64,000 nucleotides of DNA, taken from positions 38,022 to 102,021 of the forward strand of contig CAYZTL010000011.1 of assembly GCA_964481465.1 (NCBI GenBank). The letters run 5' to 3'. This stretch comes from an uncultured Anaerolineales bacterium. GTDB lineage: Bacteria > Chloroflexota > Anaerolineae > Anaerolineales > UBA11858. The notes below the pieces were generated by a model. It was not told the DNA's origin. It ran no database searches and saw nothing but the letters and a program-made list of their open reading frames with translations. The position numbers were made by a program, and so were the translations under genes. Shown piece after piece: positions 19,627 through 29,355 of this stretch. The first letter of the stretch is position 1, and the number at the start of each line of letters is the position of its first letter.

Positions 19627-20745
19627 TTGGATCTGATTTTAGAGATTGATAAAGATATGAATGGGAAAACAGATTTGCTTTCCATACTTAAAGAACATAA
19701 AGGTGAACATCACATTGCAGTGATCCAGGATTACCCGGATCCGGATGCCATTGGTTCCGCTTTTGCGCATCAATTGATCAGCGAGGAATTCGACATCACG
19801 CTGGATATCGTTTTCGATGGCAAAATCAGTCACCTGCAAAACAAAGCTTTGGTTAATTTACTGGGTTTGGAGATGATCTCTTTTCAAGAAGGGATCAATA
19901 TGGATCAATATGATGGTGCAGTTTTCATTGATAATCAAGGGACAACGGCTCCCAGTGTTGTCGAAGCTTTGGAAAATGCCAATGTGCCCGCCTTAATCGT
20001 AATCGACCACCACGAACCTCAAGACAATCTAACCCCAGCATTCAGCGACATCCGCAGGGTGGGAGCCACAGCCACCATCTATGGGATTTACCTGAAGCAA
20101 GGGATAATGTCATTAGATCCGGAGAAAAAGGATCACAACCTGGCAGCGACTGCCCTCATGCACGGCATTTTGACGGACACCCAGAATATGATCCGCGCTG
20201 ACGAAGAGGATTTCCAAGCCGCGTTGTACCTTTGCGCTTATTATGATCGGGATATGCTCGAACAGATCATGAGTCAACCGCGATCCAAACGCACCATGGA
20301 GATCATTCATGTCGCTTTGGGAAACCGGAAAACGGTGGAAAGTTATTCTATCGCCGGGGTTGGGTACTTGCGATCTGATGACCGGGATGCCATTCCACAA
20401 ACCGCAGATTTTCTGTTATCGGAAGAAAACGTTCACACAGCCATCGTGTATGGCATCGTTGAGGAGGACAACGAAGAGGAGAATCTCATCGGTTCCTTGC
20501 GCTCCAATAAATTGACCATGAATATCGATCAATTCATCAAAGACACATTCGGAAGAGACAACAGCGGTATCTATTATGGCGGCGGGAAATTATCTGCCGG
20601 CGGCTTTGAAATCCCCCTTGGTTTTTTATCCGGTGAATATGGCGAAGATTATCAAAGCCAAAAATGGGACGTCTACGACCGGCATATGAAACACAGGATT
20701 CTGAGGAAGATTGGGGTTGAAGAAGAAGCGGAAGAGAGTGATTAA
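19627..20745 (+). CDS. DHH-family phosphoesterase (NrnA-like)
   Basis: QDYPDPDAIGS, FIDNQ, IDHHE, GILTDT, SLRS, GGG..AGG motifs. Confidence 0.9.
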   Translation: MDLILEIDKDMNGKTDLLSILKEHKGEHHIAVIQDYPDPDAIGSAFAHQLISEEFDITLDIVFDGKISHLQNKALVNLLGLEMISFQEGINMDQYDGAVFIDNQGTTAPSVVEALENANVPALIVIDHHEPQDNLTPAFSDIRRVGATATIYGIYLKQGIMSLDPEKKDHNLAATALMHGILTDTQNMIRADEEDFQAALYLCAYYDRDMLEQIMSQPRSKRTMEIIHVALGNRKTVESYSIAGVGYLRSDDRDAIPQTADFLLSEENVHTAIVYGIVEEDNEEENLIGSLRSNKLTMNIDQFIKDTFGRDNSGIYYGGGKLSAGGFEIPLGFLSGEYGEDYQSQKWDVYDRHMKHRILRKIGVEEEAEESD

Positions 20746-20850
20746 CTAAAAGTTTCAGAAATAAAAACGAGAACCCCTTGCGTCTATTCCGCGTTAGGGG
20801 ATTCAAGTTTTTACACCTCTGCATTCGTCACGAAGACCGAAATCATTGAC

Positions 20851-21639
20851 TCACTTCTGACAGGATGGACAAAAATAGCTGGACCGCCCCGCAACTTTCA
20901 CCCGTTCCACTTCTTCCCCACAACGGGGACAGGTACCGCCTTCATGTCGATGGGGAGTGAGATAGTCAGGGGGAAAATTTTCGGGGAGAGCCTGGTAATC
21001 AATGGTCGTCTCTAACACGTCCTTCATCGTCTGGTAAATCTCTTCTTTTTCTTCATCCGTTAATTCCCGAAGGGGCCTCCGGGGATGGATTTCCACTTGA
21101 AAGAGGATCTCATCGGAGTAAACGTTCCCAATTCCCGCCATCAAATTCTGGTTCATCAGTTGAGATTTGACCATCCCTCTCCGTCCAGATATCAAATCCA
21201 GGAAGGTTTCTTTGTCGAAATCCTCTTTAAACACATCCGGTCCTAACTCCTTCCTTTCTACAAGATCTCGAATACGTTCTACGATGAAGATTGATCCAAG
21301 TTTGCGAGGCATGATTAAAGCCAGATGGTAATCGCCCTCGAAGTCATATAATGCTCGCGTATGTTCGGGGAATCCACTCTCATTTTTATAGTATTTTAAA
21401 TTCCCGGTCATCCCAAAATGTAATCCCATCCATCCTTTTCCATCCACATTCAAAAATAAATATTTGCCATGCCGTTCCGTGCCTTGAAAGGTTTGTCCTA
21501 TTAAAAATTTTTTAAGGTCACCTTCCGTGATGCCATCCAAAATTCGTTCGCTGTGCACTGTGACATCAGTGATCGTTTGCTGTAAGCTGGTGGATTGACA
21601 ATATCGCCTAAACACTTCTACATCGGGAAGTTCCGGCAT
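20851..21639 (-). CDS. Fpg/Nei-family DNA glycosylase/AP lyase
   Basis: MPELPDVE, RHGKYL, HFGMTG, AGIGNVYSDE, zinc finger CPRCG...CPSCQ. Start at ATG 21639. Confidence 0.93.
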   Translation of the reverse strand: MPELPDVEVFRRYCQSTSLQQTITDVTVHSERILDGITEGDLKKFLIGQTFQGTERHGKYLFLNVDGKGWMGLHFGMTGNLKYYKNESGFPEHTRALYDFEGDYHLALIMPRKLGSIFIVERIRDLVERKELGPDVFKEDFDKETFLDLISGRRGMVKSQLMNQNLMAGIGNVYSDEILFQVEIHPRRPLRELTDEEKEEIYQTMKDVLETTIDYQALPENFPPDYLTPHRHEGGTCPRCGEEVERVKVAGRSSYFCPSCQK

Positions 21640-21659
21640 AAAACTCCTCTCTAGCCGTT

Positions 21660-22676
21660 TTACTCCGCCATCCCCACGCCTGCTACCCTCGCGCCACAAT
21701 GGGCACACCTGGATTTCCCGTTGATTCTATTTTCAAGAACCATGTACCCTTGGCGATCCACCAAAACCCGACCGCATTCAGCACAATGGGTTTCACTGCC
21801 TTCTTTAACATAACGGGTATAAATATGCTGCAAACCTTCTTCCGTCCCGATTCGATACGCTTCTCGCAAGCGCTCCTCCGGTGTGGGAGAGACATCTCGC
21901 ATCTCATACGCGGGATAGAACCGGCTGATATGCCAGGGGGTTTCCTTCCCTAATTCTTCAGCGACGAATTTCGCCGCTTCCCGTAATACTTGACTGCTGT
22001 CGTTTAGTCCTGGGATTACCAGCGTCGTGACCTCCAACCATATATCCAATTTCTTCATCGTCCTTAAATTTTCTAGGACTGGATCGAGCTTTGCTCCCAC
22101 ATATTTACGGTAGAAATCATTTTGAAAACCCTTCAAATCTACGTTCGCTGCGTCCAGATATGGTTCGATGTTTCGGAGGGCTTTCTCCGTCATATACCCG
22201 TTAGTGACAAATATATTTTTCAATCCCCGCTCATGGGCGATTTTCGCTGTATCATAGGCGTACTCGAAAAAGATCGTAGGCTCCGTATAGGTATAGGCAA
22301 TGCTTTTACAGCCCTGATTGATGGCGGATTCCACGATCTGTTCGGGACTGGCTTCGCTTCCCATGACCATCTGTCGTTCTCTGGGCATTTGAGAGATGTC
22401 CGCGTTCTGGCACCATTGGCAGCGGAAATTACATCCCGGAGTAGCGATCGAGTACGCTCGGCTTCCAGGATAAAAATGGAGTAAGGGCTTCTTCTCCACC
22501 GGGTCCACATTTTGGGAGATGGTTCGCCCATAAGCCAGGGTTTTTAATGAACCACCTTGATTTACCCTAACGTGGCAAATCCCCCGTTGGCCATCTTGGA
22601 TTTTACAGTGATGGGCACATAAATTACAGCGGACTTCATGGTCCCCTATGGGCTCATACAACATCGCTTCTCTCAT
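21660..22676 (-). CDS. amrS: AmmeMemoRadiSam system radical SAM enzyme
   Basis: CNLCAHHC, DPVEKKPL.HF.PG, GCNFRCQWCQN, YTYTEPTIFFEY, C-terminal CxxC pairs. Confidence 0.92.
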   Translation of the reverse strand: MREAMLYEPIGDHEVRCNLCAHHCKIQDGQRGICHVRVNQGGSLKTLAYGRTISQNVDPVEKKPLLHFYPGSRAYSIATPGCNFRCQWCQNADISQMPRERQMVMGSEASPEQIVESAINQGCKSIAYTYTEPTIFFEYAYDTAKIAHERGLKNIFVTNGYMTEKALRNIEPYLDAANVDLKGFQNDFYRKYVGAKLDPVLENLRTMKKLDIWLEVTTLVIPGLNDSSQVLREAAKFVAEELGKETPWHISRFYPAYEMRDVSPTPEERLREAYRIGTEEGLQHIYTRYVKEGSETHCAECGRVLVDRQGYMVLENRINGKSRCAHCGARVAGVGMAE

Positions 22677-22710
22677 GGCTACCAGCCTTGTTTCTTATCA
22701 GAGATGAACG

Positions 22711-23343
22711 TCAACTTTCTTTCCCGGGGAGGTTTTCCAGCGTTTCCGAATCCACAGAGAGCAATACTTCATTCTCCCTGACCTCCTGGATCCATTGGGA
22801 GGGGATGGCCTTCTGCTCTGTAAACAATAGACCGGCGCTGATCACCAGATGGGTGACCCGGTCTGCTTCTGTTTCTACTTTTTTAACATGCCCAACATGT
22901 TCACCATCCTGGGTGATGACATTGGCGCCTTCCTCAAGTGCCACCGTACCCTCAGGGACATTCCTTTCTGCCTTGAGCACATATTGAGGCATCGCATACC
23001 CGAGGATGTTCCCCATATTCCACCACCCGCCTACTGGGGGGTACCAATACAGGGCATCCACATCCCGGAAAGGCTGTTCCTCCTCGCCTAGCTGCACAAA
23101 TTGAGCCTCTTCAAATACCGGAACGGAATCCAACTCGTCGACTTCTTTCTCCAAGCGGACTTCGTCTTTTGTTGTCGATGCCACCATCTCAATGGGGATC
23201 ACCTTCCCGGTTGCGAAAAACAACCCCTCCCCAACCACAATATGGGATATCTCCTTATCCGCAGGATCGATGATCACCCGATCCACGGTGCCTATTTTTT
23301 CACCATCTGTCGTTATGACATCCGCACCTTCAAAGAATCGCAT
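22711..23343 (-). CDS. Tandem PRC-barrel domain protein (paralog of 11566-12231)
   Basis: GADVITTDGEKIGTVDRVIIDP and GANVITQDGEHVGHV repeats. Confidence 0.88.
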   Translation of the reverse strand: MRFFEGADVITTDGEKIGTVDRVIIDPADKEISHIVVGEGLFFATGKVIPIEMVASTTKDEVRLEKEVDELDSVPVFEEAQFVQLGEEEQPFRDVDALYWYPPVGGWWNMGNILGYAMPQYVLKAERNVPEGTVALEEGANVITQDGEHVGHVKKVETEADRVTHLVISAGLLFTEQKAIPSQWIQEVRENEVLLSVDSETLENLPGKES

Positions 23344-23406
23344 CCTTGACCTCCTTTGCCAGACTGAATTTACCTTTTTGAGCAGTTATTAATAACTTCG
23401 CCTAAA

Positions 23407-23664
23407 TTATTCCTCTTCTTTATTATCTCTTTCGGGGAGGAGATCTTCTTGCTGATCTTGGCGAGGTTCCAACCTTTTTTCCCTGCGCTCTTTTAATTTC
23501 TTCTCAATATTCAAAGGTTCATCATCTTCGTAGGTAATCCCCACCGCTTCACCTAGCTCATCCACCACATCCTGATCCGGGGTGGGCTCCGTTCCACCAA
23601 CAGCTTCTGCCCCGCTGCCCGTATCCGCGCTCTCCCAAACCAATAACTCCCCTTCGGAACCCAT
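23407..23664 (-). CDS. DUF6335-like small acidic protein
   Basis: EAVGGTEPTPDQDVVDELGEAVGITYEDDEPL motif. Confidence 0.75.
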   Translation of the reverse strand: MGSEGELLVWESADTGSGAEAVGGTEPTPDQDVVDELGEAVGITYEDDEPLNIEKKLKERREKRLEPRQDQQEDLLPERDNKEEE

Positions 23665-23679
23665 CCCCAGGCATCAACT

Positions 23680-24702
23680 TCACATGTGTTCCATGGACAG
23701 CGCGCGTAACTCCCGAGCATCTTCCTCGGGAATGGAGGGATTGATATTCATCCCAGAACCGATTTCGAAACCCGCTCTTTGGGTTACCCAGGGATGGATT
23801 TGCATGTACCAATGATGATAAGGCTGTCCCTTTTGATCATTCGAGCTCGAATGAATGACATAGTTATAATCGGGATCCTGCAAGTGCTCATACAGGCGCG
23901 TGATCTGGTCCCGCAGCATCATCCCAAAATCCCCTTTTTCACCCTCATTAGTATTCCCAAAGCTAGATTGATGTCCTTTAGGTATGATCCAGATCTCATA
24001 AGGGGTTTTCGCAAAATAGGGGACGATACTTATAAATCGTTCGTTCTCCGTGATGACCCGCAGGTCTTGATCCTCTTCTTCCTGGATCAAATCGCAATAT
24101 ATGCATCGTCCCCAGTCATCATAATATTGCCTGGCTCGGTTTTCTCTGATCCGGACATACTGCGGGACCACGCTGGTTGCGACCAGTTTGGAATGAGGAT
24201 GACGGAGGGACGTACCCGCGTTTGGCCCATGGTTTTTGAAGAGGATCACCATTTTGTTTTTCTCATCCTCTTGCTGAATCATATATCTGGTGTGATACAT
24301 CTCGATTACGTTTCGAACCTCATCTTGGGTTATGCCAGATATACATTTATTATGTACATAACTCTCTATGAGCACTTTATGGTGACCATACCCTGACATC
24401 CCGAGGAAGAGGCCTTTTTCGAAACGCTGATTATCTCCTTCTGGCGTAAGCGCAGGGTACTTATTTGGCACGACCCTTGTTTGCCAATGGTCTTCTACAG
24501 GATGATCCCTTTCCGTCAACACGCCGGGAAGTTCCTCTTCATTGCCGGGACAAAAGGGGCATTCCGGATCCCGGTCCGGGATTTGGACGGGTCTCTCCTC
24601 CCGAGTTTCGACATCCTTCGGCCTTTCTTTCCGAGCGGGAGAATAAATGACCCATTCTTTAGTGATGATATTTTGCCTGAGCTCACTTGATCCTGATGTC
24701 AT
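23680..24702 (-). CDS. galT: Galactose-1-phosphate uridylyltransferase family (HIT) protein, possibly degenerating
   Basis: SELRQN.IT.EWVIY.P.R..RP, CPFCPGNE, RVVPNKYPAL, GTSLRHPHS, CIYCD, AGFEIGSG..IN...PE. Confidence 0.88.
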   Translation of the reverse strand: MTSGSSELRQNIITKEWVIYSPARKERPKDVETREERPVQIPDRDPECPFCPGNEEELPGVLTERDHPVEDHWQTRVVPNKYPALTPEGDNQRFEKGLFLGMSGYGHHKVLIESYVHNKCISGITQDEVRNVIEMYHTRYMIQQEDEKNKMVILFKNHGPNAGTSLRHPHSKLVATSVVPQYVRIRENRARQYYDDWGRCIYCDLIQEEEDQDLRVITENERFISIVPYFAKTPYEIWIIPKGHQSSFGNTNEGEKGDFGMMLRDQITRLYEHLQDPDYNYVIHSSSNDQKGQPYHHWYMQIHPWVTQRAGFEIGSGMNINPSIPEEDARELRALSMEHM

Positions 24703-24725
24703 AATCCCTACAAATCCTCGAGGAC

Positions 24726-25705
24726 TTAGCTACTTTTTATATATGAGTAGGTCGTTTCGAAGTTATCCAAAAGGTCCAAATACTGTTCTAAGAGCCGGAT
24801 CATCAAATAGTCGTCCCGGACGGATTCCCTGGCTTTATGACCCATTTCCTCCCGCAGATCCGGATCTTCAACTAAAGTCACGATTTTCTCTGTCGTTTCC
24901 TCAATGGAAGAAACCAAATACCCGTTTTCTCCATCCTCTATTTGATACCTGATACCTCCTACATTACCACCAATGACCGGAGTGCCTTTCCACATCGCTT
25001 CGGTCACCGTCAATCCAAACCCTTCCCGAATCGACTTTTGAAGGATGACCACAGACCGCGTCTGAAGGGCATTGACAAGGGCTGTATCCTCTTTTGCCAG
25101 GATGATGATGCGCTCCTCACGGGAATCCAACAAAGATTGATACACTTTTTGACCTTCCGGATCATCGGTGGCAATACTGCCCAGGAGAACGAGAGTGGCA
25201 TCGATTTCCTCTTGGGCCATCTTAAACGCTTCTATGACACCCTCAGGGTCTTTCCAACGATCAAAGCGCGAAACTTGGGTCACGATGGGTAAATCCGTGG
25301 GGATATCATAGTAATCAAGGCGATCATCAATTTCCTCCTCTGATAAACGCCGGTTCTTGATGCTGAAAGGATTGATAGCCGGCATGAAATGCTCCTGGGG
25401 AACGGAAATATCTTGTTTATATTCTTCCAGACTCACGATCATAGCGTCATATTTTTCTATGAACTGGGTCAGATATTCCCATACCTCTCGATTCGGCTCT
25501 GTAAGGTCGAGGTGGCAACGCCAGATCCACGGTCCGCGCTTTTCGTAATGGGAAATCATGGGCAGCGGCTGCGGATCGTGGATGATCACCCGGTCGTGGT
25601 CAAGATGGTTTCGAATTTTCCCGCTTTGTCTTTTACCCGCTCAACAGTCTCTTTTCCCACAAAACGCTGATAATCTTCAAGTTGGGGTATCGGTTCATTC
25701 TGCAT
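24726..25705 (-). pseudogene. treT: TreT-like GT4 glycosyltransferase (trehalose synthase) with a frameshifting internal deletion
   Basis: ATG 25705 gives MQNEPIPQLEDYQRFVGKETVERVKDKAGK, then the sequence continues in another frame as IRNHLDHDRVIIHDPQP..WIWRCH. The NST..GGGV segment is missing. The C-terminal part is intact (VSRFDRWKDP, QKSIREGFGLTVTEA). Confidence 0.8.
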
Positions 25706-25995
25706 ATCTCATTCCCTTACTTATGGTTCTCAACCTATCGCTTTTTCTTAGTTAAATGATAGGAAATCTATCCCATTTTAGAATGTATCCTTTCCCCGAT
25801 TGAGGATACAAGCAGGGGTACATTTCAACCCATGTTCCTTCCCTAATCCGGGTTATGACCTTTTGGCATAAGGGTTTTGCCCAAAATACCTTATTAAAAA
25901 GAAAAGCCACGGGCTGATATTAAAATGCGTCATGGCTTTATTTTTCTAACTGACCACAGGGGTTCCAAATGCTTCTGATAATTAGCGCCTTCTCG

Positions 25996-26409
25996 TTAAC
26001 CTTCTCTGTTTGGCCACCAGTACGAGACCTGTTCGGGTTGTATTCGGAACAGCTTGCGTCCCTCCGCTTGATGCGGATGTTTTTCCAGATCGAGATAGCG
26101 CTGCGCTTGTTTATCGATATGCTCGTCAGCGCCCTCGAAAGTCGTTTCCACAACCTTCCCGCGAATCTGTAAATACCGGTAGGGATCATCAGGGTCCTGG
26201 ATGCTGATGGCCACCCGGGGATCCCTTTCCATATTGAGATCTTTTTGTCGACCTTTGACACTGTTGATCAGGATACATTCACCCTCGTAATCCACCCATA
26301 CCGGGGTGACCTGAGGGCTTCCATCAGGCATCAAGGTCGCCAGATGACCGAAAGACCGCTTTTCAAATAAATCTTCGAACCTTTCAGGGATCGATTCCAC
26401 ACTCATCAT
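25996..26409 (-). CDS. PPOX-class F420-dependent oxidoreductase (pyridoxamine 5'-phosphate oxidase family)
   Basis: FGHLATLMPDGSPQVTPVWVD, GRQKDLNMERDPRVAISIQDPDDPYRYLQIRG. Confidence 0.9.
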   Translation of the reverse strand: MMSVESIPERFEDLFEKRSFGHLATLMPDGSPQVTPVWVDYEGECILINSVKGRQKDLNMERDPRVAISIQDPDDPYRYLQIRGKVVETTFEGADEHIDKQAQRYLDLEKHPHQAEGRKLFRIQPEQVSYWWPNREG

Positions 26410-26691
26410 TCCTCCTTTTCAGAAGCATACATTTTAATTTTACTCCTTTTGGGTTGGGACGGAAAATCGAAGTTGCGATCCAAATTGGGTTTCCGGTAAG
26501 AAATCATTTTATAAAAGATCATCCTTCCCTTTTTTCTGATCATTTGATATATATCGAAAGATAGATCGTCTTTTATTTCTTTACCCATAGACACTTAGTA
26601 GCCCGGCTCGTTCATTTAAAGTAGATATAATAGGGAAATCAGGACACGGAATTTGAGTTCAAACCCAGTCTTGAATGAATAGGAGGTCAAA

Positions 26692-26925
26692 ATGCAAATC
26701 TTCCAATTTTTAGGCAGCGAAGCTGGGCGAATCATCCGCGGTTTGGCGGGTTTGATTCTGATCGCCCTCGGTATTTGGGGGGTACAAGGGACCTGGCAGT
26801 GGATACTCATCATCATTGGGCTTGTACCGCTAGCCGCAGGTTTATTTGATTTCTGCCTTTTCGCACCCCTATTCGGCCTGCCCTTAATTGGCGAACGCCT
26901 TCGCGATAAACTCTCCCAAAGCTAA
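26692..26925 (+). CDS. DUF2892/YgaP-family membrane protein
   Basis: GRIIRGLAGL, IIGLVPLAAGLFDFCLFAPLFG; GGAGG RBS. Confidence 0.88.
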   Translation: MQIFQFLGSEAGRIIRGLAGLILIALGIWGVQGTWQWILIIIGLVPLAAGLFDFCLFAPLFGLPLIGERLRDKLSQS

Positions 26926-26991
26926 TCAGTGGAACCCCTGAACGTATCCCTTAGGGATATCGGGGCGGGATCATGACCCTTTTTTCAAACA

Positions 26992-27678
26992 ATGCCCTAC
27001 CTTGATTTAGATGTCGACATCGCCAGCGTGAAACGCACAAAAGCGGAAGCCCGAGATTTTTACAACGCCATCAGCAAATATTACGATACGCTGGCCACGT
27101 CGAGTGAAAAGAAATATATCGACACCGGACTGGATATGCTCGCGGTTCAAGAGGGCGAGCGTGTCCTGGAAATCGGCTTTGGCACCGGTCATGCTCTGGT
27201 GCAAATCGCGCGAAGTACAGGAAAGTCAGGATACGTTTATGGAGTCGACATTTCGGAGGGAATGACTCAGATCAGCAGAGAAAGGATACGGGGTCACGGT
27301 CTGACTAACAGGATCAGTCTGGTGATGGATGACGCGAGCAAACTTCCCTTCTCGTCAAAGTCGATGGATGCGATCTTCATCAGTTTTACACTAGAATTAT
27401 TTCATTCCCCGGACATCGTTCAAGTCCTCGCGGAGTGTCACCGAACTCTGAAAAGTCAAGGTCGTATTTGCATCGTCTCATTAGCAAAAGACGAACCGCT
27501 GAACTTTTTCGGTCGACTTTACGAATGGCTGCATGAGAGATTCCCCAAAGCACTGGATTGCCGACCCATTCCCGTTCAGTCCCTCCTTTGTCAAGCTGAT
27601 TTCACCATCCAGAAACACCGAAGAGAAACCATGTGGGGGCTGCCTGTCAGTATGACCTTGGCTACTGCAGCCAAATAA
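26992..27678 (+). CDS. Class I SAM-dependent methyltransferase (UbiE-like)
   Basis: VLEIGFGTG, VYGVDISEGM, DASKLPF, LKSQGRICIV. Confidence 0.9.
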   Translation: MPYLDLDVDIASVKRTKAEARDFYNAISKYYDTLATSSEKKYIDTGLDMLAVQEGERVLEIGFGTGHALVQIARSTGKSGYVYGVDISEGMTQISRERIRGHGLTNRISLVMDDASKLPFSSKSMDAIFISFTLELFHSPDIVQVLAECHRTLKSQGRICIVSLAKDEPLNFFGRLYEWLHERFPKALDCRPIPVQSLLCQADFTIQKHRRETMWGLPVSMTLATAAK

Positions 27679-27772
27679 GCCAATCATTCAACCGGTAAGC
27701 GTTCACCAATCATTGATCTTGGTAAGAGAATCGACCGTTAGTTCATCAATAGAAACAGAAATGGAGGGAATT

Positions 27773-28234
27773 ATGAAGCTTTATCTCGTTCAACATGCGG
27801 AAGCGAAATCTGAAGAACAGGATCCGGAACGATCCCTGACTCCAAAGGGTAGAAAGGATGCGATTCAAGTCGCTAAGATTGCGAAAAGGCTTGGTATTGA
27901 TATCGACCAGATCCGCCACAGCGGAAAGACTCGCGCCCGGCAAACAGCAGGGATCTTCGGCCAACACCTTTCCCCTCAAGCTGGTATAGTTAAGGCATCT
28001 GGGTTGGGTCCCGTCGATGATGTCAAACCCATTGGGGACGAGATCGCTGCTGGCGATGAAAATTTAATGCTGGTTGGACACCTACCTTTCATGGAACGGT
28101 TGGCAGGATACTTGATAACCGACAATGCTGATCACAAAATCATCGATTTCCAAAACGCAGATCTCGTCTGCCTGAAACGTGACCGAGAGGCGTGGGTGGT
28201 AGATTGGATCATTCCCCCGGAAATTGGATCTTAA
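27773..28234 (+). CDS. sixA: Phosphohistidine phosphatase SixA
   Basis: MKLYLVQHAEAK, R.LT.KG, HSGKTRARQTA, MLVGHLPFM. Confidence 0.9.
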   Translation: MKLYLVQHAEAKSEEQDPERSLTPKGRKDAIQVAKIAKRLGIDIDQIRHSGKTRARQTAGIFGQHLSPQAGIVKASGLGPVDDVKPIGDEIAAGDENLMLVGHLPFMERLAGYLITDNADHKIIDFQNADLVCLKRDREAWVVDWIIPPEIGS

Positions 28235-28251
28235 TTTAAAGGAGAAAAGTG

Positions 28252-29355
28252 ATGTCGCAAACGAAACTTCACGAGCTCAAGGAACTCGGCCAATCGATCT
28301 GGTTGGATTTTATCCGCAGATCAATCCTTGAGAATGGGGAATTGGCAAATTATGTTCAAAAAGGATTACGTGGGGTGACCTCAAATCCCAGCATATTCGA
28401 CAAGGCGATCTCGAAAGGGGAAGAATACGATCAAGAGATCGCCGCTTTGGCTGCCCAAGGTAAATCAACCTATGAAATCTATGAAACCCTTGCGGTACAA
28501 GACATCCAAAACGCTTGTGATATCCTGAAATCCGTCTATGATGAAAGTGAAGGGAGGGACGGATATGTCAGCTTAGAAGCCAATCCCCATTTGGCGCACG
28601 ATACGGAGGGGACGATCAAAGAGGTTCAACGGCTGTGGGAACTCGTGGATCGGCCCAACTTAATGATCAAAGTCCCTGCCACTCCCGAGGGTATTCCAGC
28701 CATCGAAAAACTCATCAAGCAAGGCTACAACATCAACGTGACTTTATTGTTCTCCCGAGAACAATACGACCAAGTCTCAGATGCTTTCCTTTCTGGCCTT
28801 GAAGGATACATAGAATCTGGTGGAGACCCAAAAGGGATCGCTTCGGTCGCTTCCTTCTTTGTCAGTCGCATCGATGTCAAACTGGACAGAATCTTAGGGA
28901 CAATGGACCAACCAGAAACAGAAAGGTTGCAAGGCAAAATCGGCATTGCGGCAGCGAAAATGGTCTATCAGGATTTCTTGGACAAATTCACGGGGGAACG
29001 CTGGAAATCCTTGGCCGAGAAAGGTGCTCGGGTTCAACGGGTTTTGTATGGCAGCACAAGTACGAAGAATCCCGCTTATCCCGACACCCTTTACCCCGAT
29101 CATCTGATCGGAAAGGATACCATCAATACCCTTCCCCCTCGGACACTGGATGCTTTCTTAGACCACGGCACGGTTTCAAACTCCTTGACGGAAGGCATTC
29201 CGGAAGTGAAAAAGGATTTGGAATCGTTATCATCTTTAAGGATAAAGCTCAAAAACATCACCCAGGAATTATTAGATGAAGGGGTGGTTATGTTTGCCAA
29301 TTCATTTGACGAATTGATGGTTTCGATTTCGGACAAGAAGTCAACTTTTGATTAA
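28252..29355 (+). CDS. tal: Transaldolase
   Basis: GQSIWLDFI, GVTSNPSIF, VSLEANP, MIKVPAT (Schiff-base Lys), INVTLLFS, SVASFFVSR, STSTKNP. Confidence 0.95.
   Translation: MSQTKLHELKELGQSIWLDFIRRSILENGELANYVQKGLRGVTSNPSIFDKAISKGEEYDQEIAALAAQGKSTYEIYETLAVQDIQNACDILKSVYDESEGRDGYVSLEANPHLAHDTEGTIKEVQRLWELVDRPNLMIKVPATPEGIPAIEKLIKQGYNINVTLLFSREQYDQVSDAFLSGLEGYIESGGDPKGIASVASFFVSRIDVKLDRILGTMDQPETERLQGKIGIAAAKMVYQDFLDKFTGERWKSLAEKGARVQRVLYGSTSTKNPAYPDTLYPDHLIGKDTINTLPPRTLDAFLDHGTVSNSLTEGIPEVKKDLESLSSLRIKLKNITQELLDEGVVMFANSFDELMVSISDKKSTFD

Noticed and set aside
23035-23044. Match to the tRNA-Arg 3' end (gggggtac) as a possible attR
   Set aside because: Only ~8 nt, lies inside a PRC-barrel coding sequence (WYPPV), and no integrase is present.
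26406-26594. 62-aa ORF overlapping the PPOX start
   Set aside because: No RBS and no recognisable motif; it lies in an AT-rich divergent promoter region.
10957-29355. An island-wide shared alternative-sigma motif
   Set aside because: By-eye inspection of upstream regions gave only one good SigB-like match; motif discovery is needed before any claim.
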